A program made the translations under genes and the position numbers. Below are positions 20,433-32,812 of a stretch of 64,000 bases of DNA, piece by piece. This DNA is from Gammaproteobacteria bacterium. GTDB taxonomy: Bacteria; Pseudomonadota; Gammaproteobacteria; CAJXQU01. Position 1 is the first letter of the stretch. Each line of letters begins with the position of its first letter. The stretch spans positions 2,496,001-2,560,000 of the forward strand of contig CBDEGZ010000003.1 in NCBI GenBank assembly GCA_965238175.1, written 5' to 3'. The notes beneath the pieces were generated by a model. That model worked only from the letters and a program-made list of their open reading frames with translations. It was not told the DNA's origin and ran no database searches.

Positions 20433-22352
20433 TTAAAGCGATCCGGATGAAATTTCTATATCAGCGTTACTTTTCAAATTTGCAACAAAATCCAGCCAAT
20501 CACTACTACCTTGTTGCTCTTTAAGCCTCTCAATAGTTTTCTTGGCCGATTCATCAACTCCTGTCCATTCGAGATCAGCATTCTTCACAGCAGTAACACC
20601 AACTACAGTGTAATCATTCAAACCATCAGCAAAACCTGTATAAATCGGCTTTCCGTCAGACGGATGACCTAGTTTGAAAACAGATCTCAAAATTGAGCGC
20701 TTAACATTAGGATCATCTCTACTTACTGATTGACTCTTATTCCACTCAACAGACTCTGTCGTTGCCAACTGTTCGGGATCTGCACCTTCATTTAATTTCG
20801 CCAATATCGCAGTTCCAAACTCCTCAGACATATTCTTAAGTTTATCATTAAGAATGGTTGTTTCAATCATGTCATGGACGGCTGGAAGTTCTTTAATTAC
20901 GGCAGGTTTATGATCAAAGGCACGTAATACTATCAATCTTGTATCAGACAGCTCCAGAGGTTCGCTGTTGACTCCTTCTAATACACTATGACTAAATGCT
21001 GCTTCCAGGACATTTGGCCGGCTTGTAAGGTCATCTCCCTTACTTCGGGTAAACGATTCCGTTTGCTTGATTTCAAGACCTAGCGTATCAGAAGCAACTT
21101 CTAGCGAATCTGGATTTTCAAAAACCAGATTTTGCAACTCATCTGCTACTTCGTAGTATTTGGCTTCAGCTTGCGACTGTCTATATTTAGACTCAACATT
21201 ATCTTTTGATTCTGCAAATGTTGATGTCTTCCCTTCTTGGATTTCAACGAGTTTAATCACGTGTAAACCACGTTTACTTCTCACCACATCACTAAATTCA
21301 CCGGCATTGAGACTAAACATAGCCTCGTCAAACTCTACATCCATCACACCTTTTGAAACCGCACCTGTTTTACCCACTTCATCTTCTGCACTAAGTAAGC
21401 CTGCATGTTTTTGTGGAATATCATCAAAATCAACCCCAGACTTAACTAATTCAAGAAGTTTTGTCGCCGAGTCAGTCGCTTTTGTTACAATTTCAGCTGT
21501 TGCATCGGGAGCCAAAGCAACAAAGATGTGTTGAGCAACTCTGCGCTCTTCAAGCGTATAGTCTTGAAGATTTAACTGATAATATTCTTGCAGAATGTCA
21601 TCATCAACATCTATTTGTTTAGCCAATCCTTCTGTAGAAAGATCAATATAACTCACGCGTACCGATTCCTCAGTCTTGTAGCTTTCTTTATTCTTCTCAT
21701 AAAAATCAGAAACCTCTTCTTCACTGACATTGACCTTATCTTTAAATCGCTCAGCTGCAATAGTGGTATAAACAATATCGCGCTTTTGTGTCTGTAATAA
21801 TCCTATTTTATTTTCTTCTCTTTTGGTTACAAACGAAGTATCTGAAATTGCTTTGAGTAATTGATTTTGAAGCATATCACCACGGAGTTGTGTTTCAAAC
21901 GACGCAGGACTTGCTCCAGACTGGGTTAGACGTCTTTCATAAAGCTCATTCGAAAAGTCCCCATTTTCATCGTGAAAAGAATCTAAAGACTGAATCATCG
22001 CCGCAAGTTGATTATTGCTGATACGCATTCCAGATCCTTTACTTACTTGATCAATTACTTGTTGCTCTATGAGGCTTTTGATGACTTCCTGCTTGATACT
22101 ACTTTGATCCATGCTATTCACATCGAGCTTGTCTCCAAACATCTGTTGAAGACGTTCTGTGTAGTTTTGCATGGCATTTTGATATTGGGCTAAACCGATA
22201 TCTTTTCCGTTTACACTAGCGACGGTAACATTCGATCCTCCATCCATATATGAGTTTATACCCCATAAAGCGAATGGAATCGAAATTAGCCCAACAATGA
22301 TCCAGGCCAACCAGCCTTGTGAATGTTCTCGAATGCTTTGAAGCATAAGCAA
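20433..22352 (-). CDS. ppiD: Peptidyl-prolyl isomerase/chaperone PpiD
   Basis: MLQSIRE + TM helix, SurA-like N domain, parvulin domain; conserved position after hupB and tRNAs. Confidence 0.92.
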   Translation of the reverse strand: MLMLQSIREHSQGWLAWIIVGLISIPFALWGINSYMDGGSNVTVASVNGKDIGLAQYQNAMQNYTERLQQMFGDKLDVNSMDQSSIKQEVIKSLIEQQVIDQVSKGSGMRISNNQLAAMIQSLDSFHDENGDFSNELYERRLTQSGASPASFETQLRGDMLQNQLLKAISDTSFVTKREENKIGLLQTQKRDIVYTTIAAERFKDKVNVSEEEVSDFYEKNKESYKTEESVRVSYIDLSTEGLAKQIDVDDDILQEYYQLNLQDYTLEERRVAQHIFVALAPDATAEIVTKATDSATKLLELVKSGVDFDDIPQKHAGLLSAEDEVGKTGAVSKGVMDVEFDEAMFSLNAGEFSDVVRSKRGLHVIKLVEIQEGKTSTFAESKDNVESKYRQSQAEAKYYEVADELQNLVFENPDSLEVASDTLGLEIKQTESFTRSKGDDLTSRPNVLEAAFSHSVLEGVNSEPLELSDTRLIVLRAFDHKPAVIKELPAVHDMIETTILNDKLKNMSEEFGTAILAKLNEGADPEQLATTESVEWNKSQSVSRDDPNVKRSILRSVFKLGHPSDGKPIYTGFADGLNDYTVVGVTAVKNADLEWTGVDESAKKTIERLKEQQGSSDWLDFVANLKSNADIEISSGSL

Positions 22353-22371
22353 AAACCTTTATTTAAAGTTG

Positions 22372-22410
22372 AAAATAAAAAAGGGCGATCCTTAAACGGA
22401 ACGCCCTAAA
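22372..22410 (-). terminator. Rho-independent terminator after tRNA-Asp
   Basis: Minus strand AGGGCGTTCC...GGATCGCCCT followed by a T-run. Confidence 0.75.
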
Positions 22411-22416
22411 CATTAA

Positions 22417-22493
22417 TGGCGGAGCGGACGGGACTCGAACCCGCGACCCCCGGCGTGACAGGCCGGTATTCTAACCAACTGAACTACCGCTCC
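22417..22493 (-). tRNA. tRNA-Asp(GTC)
   Basis: GGAGCGGTAGTTCAGTTGGTTAGAATACCGGCCTGTCACGCCGG...GTTCGAGTCCCGTCCGCTCCGCCA. Confidence 0.98.
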
Positions 22494-22501
22494 ATTATGT
22501 T

Positions 22502-22577
22502 TGGTGGGTGCTGAGGGGATCGAACCCCCGACCCTCGCCTTGTAAGGGCGATGCTCTCCCAGCTGAGCTAAGCACCC
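22502..22577 (-). tRNA. tRNA-Val(TAC)
   Basis: GGGTGCTTAGCTCAGCTGGGAGAGCATCGCCCTTACAAGGCGA...TTCGATCCCCTCAGCACCCACCA. Confidence 0.98.
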
Positions 22578-22586
22578 GAAGGCGCG

Positions 22587-22859
22587 CTAGTTTAAGGCAT
22601 CCTTTAAAGCTTTGCCAGCTTTAAATGTAGGTACTTTTGATGCCTTGATTTTAATAGTTTCACCAGTTCTAGGATTACGTCCAGATCGGGCTGCACGATC
22701 CCTGACAAGAAATGATCCAAAACCCAATAATGCGACAGTGTCGCCTTTTTTTAAAGTCGCTGTAATCGAATCAACAACAGCATCAACCGCACGAGCAGCA
22801 GAAGCTTTCGATAGATCTGCGGATTCGGCAACCGCGTCTACTAATTCAGACTTATTCAT
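22587..22859 (-). CDS. hupB: DNA-binding protein HU-beta
   Basis: [11 protein letters not shown] and GRNPRTGE motifs; follows lon. Confidence 0.97.
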   Translation of the reverse strand: MNKSELVDAVAESADLSKASAARAVDAVVDSITATLKKGDTVALLGFGSFLVRDRAARSGRNPRTGETIKIKASKVPTFKAGKALKDALN

Positions 22860-23184
22860 TTTTTATCCCCTTTGTTGCACCAATTATATTATCGTTATTC
22901 TTTCCACACTTAGAAGATCTTCGCTATGTAGGATGGTTTATGAGCGAACAGAATTTATACCAACTGCCCCTGTTGACGTCAACAGATTATACAAATATTT
23001 TTATTAATAAAACATTTGCTACACACCCCTAATTGTGCATCTTTTATTATAAATTGTCGTATTACTTTCGTAGAATCAAAGAATAAGCTTCGGAAATGAA
23101 TTTCGACTATAAGATAGTTCTAAGTAAATGAATTGGCTAATTTTGCTGACAACATCACAGTTTTAGAAGAACCACGTCGGGATT

Positions 23185-25593
23185 CTAGTGTGTTCTTGTA
23201 CTGCTTTTATTCTTATTATCTTTAGAATCGTCTTTTTTTATTGTATTTTCTGTTGTTTCCAAAAGTAAAGGCGCTGGCAAAGACTGTAACGCAATCTGAA
23301 AAACCTCATCAATCCATTTGACAGGTTTAATCGTTAAGTTCTGTTTAATATTCTCAGGTATTTCTGCAAGATCTTTTTCATTCTCAATGGGTATAAGAAC
23401 GGTATCTATTCCACCTCGCAAAGCGGCAAGTAATTTTTCTTTCAATCCGCCAATGGGTAAAACTTCACCGCGTAAAGTAATCTCTCCGGTCATCGCAACA
23501 TTTGCTTTCACAGGAATATTTGTTAATGCAGAGACTAGTGCTGTACACATACCGACACCTGCACTAGGTCCATCTTTTGGTGTTGCTCCTTCAGGAACAT
23601 GAAAGTGAATGTCATTTTTGGTATAAAAATCAGCATGAACCCCTAACGAATCGCAACGACTACGGATGACTGTAACCGCCGCCTGAATAGACTCCTGCAT
23701 TACATCACCCAATTGACCCGTAAAAATTTCTTTACCTTTGCCTGCAACAACAGCAGATTCAATTGTTAGTAGTTCTCCACCCACTTCTGTCCAGGCAAGA
23801 CCCGTGACCTGGCCAACCTGATCCTGTTCCTCAGCGATACCAAAACGATGACGCTTAACACCAAGGTATTTCTCGATATTACGAGAACTAATCAAAACTT
23901 TCTTTGAATCTGAACCTGTTAGAATTTGTTTGACCACTTTTCGACAGATCTTCGCTATTTCTCGTTCTAATGAACGGACTCCTGCTTCCCTTGTGTAGTA
24001 GCGAATAATATCTCTAATAGCATTTTCAGAAATACTGATCTCACTATTTTTCAAACCACTATTTTTGATCTGTTTAACTAGCAAATATTTAGTTGCAATA
24101 TTGATCTTTTCATCTTCGGTATAACCAGAAATTCTGATGACTTCCATTCGATCTAAAAGAGGCGAAGGTATATTGAGACTATTTGCTGTTGTAACAAACA
24201 TGATCTCAGATAAATCATAATCAATTTCCAGGTAATGATCATTGAAGGTACTATTTTGTTCTGGATCTAGCACTTCCAATAATGCTGATGCAGGATCGCC
24301 ACGAAAATCAGAAGCCATTTTATCAATTTCATCTAATAAGATTAATGGATTACGACTTTTGGCTTTCACCATATTCTGAACAAGTTTGCCTGGCATTGAG
24401 CCAACATAAGTTCGCCTGTGGCCTCGAATCTCAGCCTCATCACGCACTCCACCTAATGACATTCGTATAAACTTTCTATTGGTGGCTTTAGCTATTGAGC
24501 GGCCTAAGGAAGTTTTACCAACACCCGGTGGTCCTACAAGACATAGAATAGGACCTTTTAGTTTTTTCACTCGCTGTTGAACAGCAAGATATTCTAAAAT
24601 ACGTTCTTTTACCTTTTCTAATCCGTAATGATCATCATCCAAAACATCTTCAGCTTGACCAATATCACGGCTTATCTTGTTACGCTTTTTCCAGGGAAGA
24701 TCGACTATCCAATCAATGTAATTTCGCACCACCGTTGCTTCGGCCGACATAGGTGACATCATTTTAAGTTTTTTTAATTCAGAATTGGCTTTATTACGAG
24801 CTTCTTTATTCATGCCCGCTTTTTTGATTTTTTTCTCTAGCTCGTCGAGTTCATTACCACCCACTTCCATCTCACCAAGTTCTTTTTGAATGGCCTTCAT
24901 TTGTTCATTCAAATAGTACTCGCGCTGACTTTTTTCCATCTGGCGCTTAACACGGCTACGCAACTTTCTCTCAACTTGAAGTAGATCAATTTCAGCTTCC
25001 ATTAAGCCGATAAGGTGCTCAAGACGTTTTGCCACATCCGTTATTTCTAGAACTTCTTGTTTATCTTCATGCTTGATGGACATGTGCGCAGCAATGGTAT
25101 CAGCAAGTCGTTCAGGTTCATCTATATTGCTAAGAGATGAAATAATCTCAGGAGGGATCTTCTTATTGAGTTTGACATATTGTTCAAACTCGCTCGTCAC
25201 AGAGCGCATTATAGCTTCAAGTTCACGTTCATCAGTAACCGTATTTTCAATTAGTTCTACGGTAGCCGAAGCAAATTCCAGATTTTTATGTAAGTCGAGC
25301 AGCTTTGCTCTTTGTTCACCTTCAACTAGCACTTTTATAGTGCCATCAGGTAATTTAAGCAGCTGAAGTATATTTGCGAGTGTTCCTACATGATAAACCT
25401 CGTCAATACTTGGATCATCATCACCAGCATTTTTCTGAGCCAGCAGGAATACTTGTTTGTTTGACTCCATTGCTGTTTCAAGCGCTTTGACTGAACGATC
25501 TCTACCCACAAACAACGGGATAACCATGTGTGGATACACCACGACATCGCGAAGTGGCAGTAATGGTACATCTAATTTTTTGGTTTCAGTCAC
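23185..25593 (-). CDS. lon: Lon protease
   Basis: [20 protein letters not shown] and PKDGPSAG (catalytic Ser) motifs. Confidence 0.99.
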   Translation of the reverse strand: MTETKKLDVPLLPLRDVVVYPHMVIPLFVGRDRSVKALETAMESNKQVFLLAQKNAGDDDPSIDEVYHVGTLANILQLLKLPDGTIKVLVEGEQRAKLLDLHKNLEFASATVELIENTVTDERELEAIMRSVTSEFEQYVKLNKKIPPEIISSLSNIDEPERLADTIAAHMSIKHEDKQEVLEITDVAKRLEHLIGLMEAEIDLLQVERKLRSRVKRQMEKSQREYYLNEQMKAIQKELGEMEVGGNELDELEKKIKKAGMNKEARNKANSELKKLKMMSPMSAEATVVRNYIDWIVDLPWKKRNKISRDIGQAEDVLDDDHYGLEKVKERILEYLAVQQRVKKLKGPILCLVGPPGVGKTSLGRSIAKATNRKFIRMSLGGVRDEAEIRGHRRTYVGSMPGKLVQNMVKAKSRNPLILLDEIDKMASDFRGDPASALLEVLDPEQNSTFNDHYLEIDYDLSEIMFVTTANSLNIPSPLLDRMEVIRISGYTEDEKINIATKYLLVKQIKNSGLKNSEISISENAIRDIIRYYTREAGVRSLEREIAKICRKVVKQILTGSDSKKVLISSRNIEKYLGVKRHRFGIAEEQDQVGQVTGLAWTEVGGELLTIESAVVAGKGKEIFTGQLGDVMQESIQAAVTVIRSRCDSLGVHADFYTKNDIHFHVPEGATPKDGPSAGVGMCTALVSALTNIPVKANVAMTGEITLRGEVLPIGGLKEKLLAALRGGIDTVLIPIENEKDLAEIPENIKQNLTIKPVKWIDEVFQIALQSLPAPLLLETTENTIKKDDSKDNKNKSSTRTH

Positions 25594-25627
25594 TATTATC
25601 TTGCACCTGTTTAATCACCAGCTGTAA

Positions 25628-26908
25628 CTATTCCGAAGCCGCCTTAGGTAGTTCAGCATCTTCATAGATAAGAATTGGTTTTGATTCACCTTTGATGACA
25701 GTCTCATCGAGAACAACTTTAGTTACATTTTCTAAAGATGGAATATCGTACATTGTTTCAAGAAGGTTTTGTTCGATAATGGATCTCAAACCACGTGCAC
25801 CGGTTTTTCGTTCAAGTGCTTTTCTCGCCACTTCAAGTAGTGCTTCTTTGCGGAGCTCCAATTCAACCCCTTCCATCTCAAACAATTTACTGTATTGTTT
25901 TGATAACGAATTTTTAGGTTCAACTAGAATTTCAACCAATTGTTCTTCTTCCAGTTCTTCCAAAGTCGCAATCACAGGCAGTCGACCAATAAATTCTGGT
26001 ATCAATCCATATTTGATTAAATCTTCAGGTTCAACTTCGTTTAAAACCTCACCGACACTACGACTCTCGTCCTTACTGATAACTTCTGCAGAAAAGCCGA
26101 TGCCGCCTTTTTCAGAACGATCTCGAATAATTTTATCTAATCCGGCAAATGCACCACCACAGATAAACAGAATATTCGCTGTATTAACTTGTAAAAATTC
26201 TTGTTGCGGATGCTTACGCCCACCTTGTGGGGGGACTGAAGCGATAGTACCTTCCACCAACTTCAACAAGGCTTGTTGAACTCCTTCACCAGACACATCG
26301 CGAGTAATAGATGGGTTATCTGACTTACGTGAAATCTTATCTATTTCATCAATATAGACAATGCCTTTCTGGGCTTTATCCACATCGTAATCACATTTTT
26401 GAAGTAATTTTTGAATAATATTTTCAACATCTTCACCCACATAACCAGCTTCAGTTAACGTTGTCGCATCAGCCATAGTAAATGGAACATTAATCATTCT
26501 TGCCAATGTTTCAGCGAGCAGTGTTTTACCACTACCAGTAGGGCCAATCAGTAAAACATTACTTTTTGAAAGTTCTACATCGTCACTTCTGATGTCAGCA
26601 TCTAGACGTTTATAATGATTATAGACAGCGACAGAAAGTATCTTCTTAGCAGTTTGTTGACCAATGACATAATCATCTAATAGATCTTTTATTTCGTGGG
26701 GTGTTGGTAGCTTTCCATCAGAACCACTGACAGATTTATCTTGTATCTCTTCTTTTATAATGTCATTACAAAGATCGACACATTCATCACAAATGAAAAC
26801 CGATGGTCCAGCGATCAGTTTCCTTACCTCATGTTGACTTTTACCACAGAAAGAACAATACAGTAGTCTTTCGCCATCATTCCCATCATCCTGTTTGTCG
26901 TCACTCAT
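25628..26908 (-). CDS. clpX: ClpX ATPase
   Basis: CSFCGK zinc finger, [18 protein letters not shown] and IGF loop. Confidence 0.99.
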   Translation of the reverse strand: MSDDKQDDGNDGERLLYCSFCGKSQHEVRKLIAGPSVFICDECVDLCNDIIKEEIQDKSVSGSDGKLPTPHEIKDLLDDYVIGQQTAKKILSVAVYNHYKRLDADIRSDDVELSKSNVLLIGPTGSGKTLLAETLARMINVPFTMADATTLTEAGYVGEDVENIIQKLLQKCDYDVDKAQKGIVYIDEIDKISRKSDNPSITRDVSGEGVQQALLKLVEGTIASVPPQGGRKHPQQEFLQVNTANILFICGGAFAGLDKIIRDRSEKGGIGFSAEVISKDESRSVGEVLNEVEPEDLIKYGLIPEFIGRLPVIATLEELEEEQLVEILVEPKNSLSKQYSKLFEMEGVELELRKEALLEVARKALERKTGARGLRSIIEQNLLETMYDIPSLENVTKVVLDETVIKGESKPILIYEDAELPKAASE

Positions 26909-26986
26909 ACCCTTACCCCTACTCCAAATTCTGGTGAAATCATATCACCTTCCAATATTACGAAACAGTCAGTGAAACAATCTGTA

Positions 26987-27655
26987 TTATTTGTCTTCAC
27001 TCATTTGACTACGGTTTTCCAAAACTGTGTCAATAAGACCATATTTCGCAGCTTCGGCAGCACTCATAAAGTTATCTCGTTCCGTATCTTGTTGAACTTT
27101 TTTAAGCGATTGTCCTGAATGGGAGGCCATAATGTTATTAAGGTTGTCTTTCATTTTCAGGATTTCTTTAGCATGAATATCTATATCTGTAGCTTGTCCT
27201 TGGAAACCACCTAAAGGTTGATGGATCATGACTCTTGAGTTAGGCAAAGCAAAACGTTTACCTGATGCACCTCCAGTGAGTAGCAACGCGCCCATACTTG
27301 CAGCCTGACCGATACACATAGTGCTGACATCTGCCTTAATAAACTGCATGGTGTCGTAAATTGCCATACCGGCTGTTACTACACCGCCAGGTGAGTTGAT
27401 ATAAAAATGGATATCCTTATCAGGATTTTCCGATTCCAAAAACAACATTTGAGCAACAATGACATTTGCTACGTGATCTTCAACACCACCAACCAGGAAA
27501 ATGACACGTTCCTTTAAAAGCCTTGAATAGATATCATATGAACGTTCGCCACGTGCTGACTGCTCTACTACCATCGGTACTAAGTTTAATGCTTTTGTCT
27601 CGTTAGCCTGACTTGTTTGTGTTCTCGGGTCATAAACTGACATGTAATTATTCAC
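26987..27655 (-). CDS. clpP: ClpP protease
   Basis: [18 protein letters not shown] and MIHQP motifs. Confidence 0.99.
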   Translation of the reverse strand: MNNYMSVYDPRTQTSQANETKALNLVPMVVEQSARGERSYDIYSRLLKERVIFLVGGVEDHVANVIVAQMLFLESENPDKDIHFYINSPGGVVTAGMAIYDTMQFIKADVSTMCIGQAASMGALLLTGGASGKRFALPNSRVMIHQPLGGFQGQATDIDIHAKEILKMKDNLNNIMASHSGQSLKKVQQDTERDNFMSAAEAAKYGLIDTVLENRSQMSEDK

Positions 27656-27669
27656 CTCATTTAAAGTTT

Positions 27670-28986
27670 TTATTCGACATTTTCAGGATTCATTAATTCA
27701 TCGAATGTCACAGGCTCATATACTGTCTGAACCTGTTCTGTAATCCAGTTCACCACTTCTTCTTCAAGCACTCTATTTTGAATATCTGCAAGACGAGTTT
27801 TATCAGCATAATACCATTGCATCAGTGCAGCTGGATCTTCATAACTCGCTGCCATCATATTAATCATAGTCCTAACTTTATTTGGTTCTGCTTTCATATC
27901 GTTCGACTTAATTATCTCAGACATAAGCAATCCTAGTGCCACTCTTTTCTTTGCTTCATCAACAAAAGTACCTTTATCTAGTGAATCAAGCTGTTCTGCA
28001 GGTAACCCTTGTTGTGCTAAACGTTGTTTTGAGGACTCTAATAATTGCTCAGTTTCACTATTGACTAAAGTTTGTGGCAATTCGATCGGATTACCGTCAT
28101 AAAGAGCGTTCAAAATTCGAGTCTTAGCCTGATTCTTGACACGTTGCTCACTTTCTCTTTCAACATTTTCACGAATGTTCTGTTTAAACGCATCTAGCCC
28201 ACCTTCTGTAACACCGTACTTTTGGAAGAATTCCTCATCAAGTTCAGGTAACTCTACTTCCGAAACCTTATTTAGAGTTACGTCAAAACGTACAGCCTTT
28301 CCAGCAAGATCTGCATTCTGATATGGCGTAGGAAATTCAAGTTCCAGACTCGCACTTTCATTCGCCTTAAGGCCGACCAAACCTTCCTCAAAGCCAACGA
28401 TAAACTGTTTTGATCCGAGCTCTAAATCAAACCCTTGTGCTTCACCACCTTCAAACTTTTCGTTTTCAATAAAACCAGCAAAATCAAGATTAACTTGATC
28501 ACCTGTAGCTGCTTTACGATCTACTTCCTTCCAATTTGCTTGCTGTGCACGCAATGTCTCAATCATCTTATCGACATCCGCATCCACCACCTCACAAGAA
28601 GATACGTTAACCTTAATCTTGTCTAATGGGTTTAGGACTATTTTTGGAAATATATCAAAAACCGCAGTGTATGAAAGCCCATGATCAGAACCATCATCTT
28701 CGTGATGCTCAATAGACGGCTCACCAGCGGGTGTCAATTGCTCAGCATCTAAAGCCTCGGCATATGTTTTACGCATAATCTCGCCAAGAACCTCCAACCT
28801 TACTTGCTTACCATAACGTTGTTGGACGACTTTAGCTGGGACCTTACCTTGACGAAACCCATCTATACGAACGGTTTTCGTTAATGACTGTAGACGTTTT
28901 TTTATCTCACCCTCAATTTGAACTTCGGGTACATCTACCCGCATACGACGCTCCAGCGCCCCCGTAGATTCGACAGAAACCTGCAT
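27670..28986 (-). CDS. tig: Trigger factor
   Basis: GFRQGKVP ribosome-binding motif, FKBP domain. Confidence 0.98.
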   Translation of the reverse strand: MQVSVESTGALERRMRVDVPEVQIEGEIKKRLQSLTKTVRIDGFRQGKVPAKVVQQRYGKQVRLEVLGEIMRKTYAEALDAEQLTPAGEPSIEHHEDDGSDHGLSYTAVFDIFPKIVLNPLDKIKVNVSSCEVVDADVDKMIETLRAQQANWKEVDRKAATGDQVNLDFAGFIENEKFEGGEAQGFDLELGSKQFIVGFEEGLVGLKANESASLELEFPTPYQNADLAGKAVRFDVTLNKVSEVELPELDEEFFQKYGVTEGGLDAFKQNIRENVERESEQRVKNQAKTRILNALYDGNPIELPQTLVNSETEQLLESSKQRLAQQGLPAEQLDSLDKGTFVDEAKKRVALGLLMSEIIKSNDMKAEPNKVRTMINMMAASYEDPAALMQWYYADKTRLADIQNRVLEEEVVNWITEQVQTVYEPVTFDELMNPENVE

Positions 28987-29029
28987 TTTTATGCCTCAGA
29001 ATTTATTTATCTCAGAAATTATTGGGGAT

Positions 29030-29114
<85 letters not shown>

Positions 29115-29312
29115 ACTAATTTTGGATGATACCCTAAAATTACCATTCAACAAAGCTATTATAGTTCGCAAAACACATATATGAAAGTCAGTACGTCCCC
29201 ATTCTTATGACAAGCTTAACATTTCACCACCATTCAGTTAGAGTTGCGCATTTTTACATGTCAATATCATAGATCACACTTAACATCTCAAAGGTAAAAA
29301 GCCTTAAATACT

Positions 29313-30536
29313 ATGGCATTAATAATTCAAAAGTACGGTGGGACTTCCGTTGGAAGTATTGAACGGATCAATGCGGTTGCAGATAAAGTTCTCTCCTATA
29401 AACAACAAGGTCATAATGTAGTCGTTGTAGTCTCTGCAATGAGCGGTGAGACCAATCGACTAATAGGGCTTGCAGAGGAAATATCCCCAAATCCTAAAGG
29501 ACGTGAATTAGATACACTCCTGTCTACCGGTGAACAAATTACGATTGCTCTCTTATCAATGGCAATAGAAACGAAAGGTGTACAAGCCCGATCATATACA
29601 GGTGGCCAGGTCAGAATCTTAACCAGCTCTGTTCATAACAAAGCACGAATACTGAGTATTGATGAGCAAAACATCAAAAATGATCTTAGTGAAGGGCGAG
29701 TCGTTGTTGTGGCTGGTTTTCAAGGTGTTGATGAAAATAATAACATCACGACATTAGGTAGGGGTGGATCTGACACAACAGCAGTTGCCTTAGCCGCCGC
29801 TTTAAACGCTAACGAATGTCAAATCTTTACTGATGTCGATGGGGTTTATACAACAGACCCAAGAATTGTACCCGAAGCTCGTCGCTTAAATTTTGTAACC
29901 TATGAAGAAATGCTAGAAATGGCAAGTCTTGGTGCAAAAGTACTGCAAATAAGATCTGTTGAGTTCGCTCAAAAGTATAATGTCCCCCTACGCGTATTAT
30001 CTTCATTCGAAGAAGGTAAAGGCACACTTATTTCCTCAGAGGATAATGCTATGGAACAAGTTACGATCTCAGGGATCACTGCTAATAAAGATGAAGCAAA
30101 AGTAACCCTACTTGGTGTCCCTGATAGACCTGGAATTGCTGTAGGTATTCTAGGCCCTATTGCCGATGCTGCCATTGAAGTTGATATGATCATACAAAAT
30201 GTAAGTGCTGATGGTACAACTGACTTTACATTCACTGTTAATCGGCCAGACTATTTACAAACGCTAGAAATTCTTGACAATATTAAACAGACACTTGGAG
30301 CAAGGGATCTAAAAGGTGATGAAAAAATTGTTAAGCTTTCTATTGTTGGGATAGGCATGCGATCACACGCAGGTATTGCAAGCAAAATGTTCAAAGCGCT
30401 ATCGGACGAAGGTATCAATATCCAAATGATTTCTACTTCTGAGATCAAAATATCCGTCGTTGTCGATGAAAAGTACTTGGAATTAGGTGTCAGAACGCTC
30501 CATTCTGCGTTTGGACTGGACGTAGGTGAAAACTGA
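29313..30536 (+). CDS. lysC: Aspartate kinase
   Basis: QKYGGTSVG, TTLGRGGSDTTA and DVDGVYTTDPR motifs, two ACT domains. Confidence 0.97.
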   Translation: MALIIQKYGGTSVGSIERINAVADKVLSYKQQGHNVVVVVSAMSGETNRLIGLAEEISPNPKGRELDTLLSTGEQITIALLSMAIETKGVQARSYTGGQVRILTSSVHNKARILSIDEQNIKNDLSEGRVVVVAGFQGVDENNNITTLGRGGSDTTAVALAAALNANECQIFTDVDGVYTTDPRIVPEARRLNFVTYEEMLEMASLGAKVLQIRSVEFAQKYNVPLRVLSSFEEGKGTLISSEDNAMEQVTISGITANKDEAKVTLLGVPDRPGIAVGILGPIADAAIEVDMIIQNVSADGTTDFTFTVNRPDYLQTLEILDNIKQTLGARDLKGDEKIVKLSIVGIGMRSHAGIASKMFKALSDEGINIQMISTSEIKISVVVDEKYLELGVRTLHSAFGLDVGEN

Positions 30537-30689
30537 GGCATAATACCCCCTGGGTGGGGATCCAAAAGATTAAACATTGTGATAAAAAACATACCGGAAA
30601 TACTCTGTAGAGTATATAATCCCCACCGTTGCATCTCAAATTAAACTGACATAATAATTGGCCAATAAAAAAATGGAGCTAAAAACCAG

Positions 30690-30890
30690 ATGCTTATACT
30701 GACAAGACGAGTGGGAGAAGCACTTATGATTGGTGATGAAGTCACCATAACAGTGCTAGGCATTAAGGGGAATCAGGTACGTCTGGGTGTTAATGCGCCA
30801 AGAGAAGTAGCTGTACATAGAGAAGAAATATATCAACGAATCCAAGATGAAAAAGATGAAGGCGATGAAGGTAATTCTACTGAAGACTAA
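30690..30890 (+). CDS. csrA: Carbon storage regulator CsrA/RsmA
   Basis: [10 protein letters not shown]...VHREEIY. Confidence 0.99.
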   Translation: MLILTRRVGEALMIGDEVTITVLGIKGNQVRLGVNAPREVAVHREEIYQRIQDEKDEGDEGNSTED

Positions 30891-30974
30891 GGCATCATAA
30901 AAGCTCCCAAAACCAACAAAAATAGTCACACAACTCTTTACAAAGTTACCAGGACAAGTATCCTACATATCCGT

Positions 30975-31066
30975 GGAGAGGTGGCCGAGCGGCTGAAGGC
31001 GCTCCCCTGCTAAGGGAGTATACGGTTTATCCCGTATCGAGGGTTCGAATCCCTCTCTCTCCGCCA
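30975..31066 (+). tRNA. tRNA-Ser(GCT)
   Basis: GGAGAGGTGGCCGAGCGGCTGAAGGCGCTCCCCTGCTAAGGGAG...GTTCGAATCCCTCTCTCTCCGCCA. Confidence 0.98.
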
Positions 31067-31114
31067 TAATAAAAAAGTATTTAGCGGGCATTGACTCGGA
31101 ATACACCAAAATGA

Positions 31115-31191
31115 GCGCCCGTAGCTCAGCTGGATAGAGTACCTGGCTACGAACCAGGTGGTCGGAGGTTCGAATCCTTCCGGGCGCGCCA
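31115..31191 (+). tRNA. tRNA-Arg(ACG)
   Basis: GCGCCCGTAGCTCAGCTGGATAGAGTACCTGGCTACGAACCAGG...TTCGAATCCTTCCGGGCGCGCCA. Confidence 0.98.
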
Positions 31192-32100
31192 TTTTACTTT
31201 TACACTCGTCGAAAGCCCCTAACACCTTGAAAGGCAAGGTGGTTTCAGCGGTTCGAAACCCCTCATTTCGTACATACTGCAAACGGTCAGCAAAGGTCAG
31301 TTTTAACACTGCGCGTTTGTTCTCCAATCCCTCACAAGCCCAGGGTTTATGCGGGTCTGACAAAAATTTTAGCGCGGTTCGAAGTGCGTTATCAAACGGC
31401 TTCAATGGTTGCCCTTGTTTCACCCTTTTTTCCTCATAAACTATCTTTTGCGCCTCAAGCTCTGTTATCTTTTTTTCGTAAGTATCAATCAGACTGGGCG
31501 ATTCTGTGCCGATAACCCGGGTTACTAATCGCTCAATGTCTTGCTGTGTTTTTACAATATTTGCTTCCATATCTTTAGCGTAGTGCTCTTGTGTTTGGCC
31601 TAGGTGTGTCCACCACGCTTTAAACATATCCGTAGCTAAACCGAACAGTGCTTTGGTCGGCGTGAGTTGTTTCAATAGGGTTTCAAACTCCCCTTCAATC
31701 ACATCACGCCGAATGGATTTACTTTTACTCTCACAACCCTTGGTGACACAGTAATAATAGGGATGATGTTTGCTACGCCCTTTGCTCCAACAGGCCGTCA
31801 ACGGCTTGCCGCAGTCACCACAAGCCACAAACCCTCTCAAAGGGAAGTCTTCGCTAAGATTTTTGCGTGCGGGAACATAGGCATGACCTTTCAACCGACC
31901 CTGTATTTTTTGATAGGTCTCAAAGCTAATTAAGGCCTCATGTTTACCGGGACGCAATGAAACATCCCACTTGGGCGATTCAATATACCTGCATAAAGGG
32001 GACGGGTCAGTAAATCGGTCACACGCTGGTTGCGGACTGCACCCGAGTAATCTCTAGGGTATTCTGGGAACTGTTCTAAAAACCGTACCACTTCAGCCGA
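31192..32100 (-). pseudogene. Truncated, frameshifted large serine recombinase (recombinase + zinc-ribbon + coiled-coil part)
   Basis: GKHEALIS, FPLRGFVACGDCG and YYYC motifs. An upstream frame SAEVVRFLEQFPEYP...LTRPLYAG joins YIESPKWDVSLRPGKH via a 1-bp deletion near 31989. The catalytic N-terminal domain is absent and the frame runs into tRNA-Arg. Confidence 0.85.
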
Positions 32101-32106
32101 AATCAT

Positions 32107-32183
32107 AGGGGTCAGGCCTTACAATTGACATTTTCTACAGCTTCTATGTTTCTATTTTATGTGAGATGTAAGGCCTGACCCTA
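32107..32183. repeat. Short inverted-repeat element GGGTCAGGCCTTACA...TGTAAGGCCTGACCC
   Basis: Perfect 15-bp inverted repeat at 32109-32123 and 32167-32181 with an AT-rich spacer. Confidence 0.85.
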
Positions 32184-32185
32184 CG

Positions 32186-32698
32186 CCCTTCAAACGTTTA
32201 AAAATCGTTATACCGATCACTCTGTTACTTATCTTCATCATGCTATATAGCAGCTTTGGATCACTTAAAAATGCAACGTTGATTATTTTAAATATTCCGC
32301 TGGCATTAGTCGGTGGTGTAGTGGCTTTGTGGTTAAGCAAACTCAACCTTTCTGTGCCAGCATCCGTAGGATTCATCTCACTCTTTGGTATCGCGTTAAT
32401 GAACGGAATTGTCTTAGCAACTTACTTTAATGAACTCATGGAAAAGGGATTGGATATTGATACGGTCTCCATTCATGGCGCGTGCCTGAGACTAAGACCC
32501 GTGCTCATGACAGCAATAACCACCGCATTAGCGATGATCCCATTATTATTATCCACAGGAACAGGTAGCGAAGTCCAACGACCTTTAGCAACCGTTGTTG
32601 TCGGTGGGTTGATTACCTCCACCATTTTGACCTTATTAGTCATCCCAGCTCTCTATAAATGGTTTGCAACAAAACCCCAGATTAAAGTGAATGATTAG
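32186..32698 (+). pseudogene. C-terminal fragment of a CusA/CzcA heavy-metal RND efflux pump
   Basis: FKRLKIVIPITLLLIF...NIPLALVGG...SVPASVGFI...RLRPVLMTA...GSEVQRPLATVVVGGL. Only ~170 aa of a normally ~1000-aa protein; begins right at the inverted repeat. Confidence 0.88.
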
Positions 32699-32812
32699 AT
32701 GATCTATTATTAGTTACTCAAGATCAGTAGTTCTAAATTTTATAGTGGTACTTAAAAAAACGATCACTTTTATGTAAAACACTTGTCATATTTCTTATCT
32801 AGTATTGTCTTT

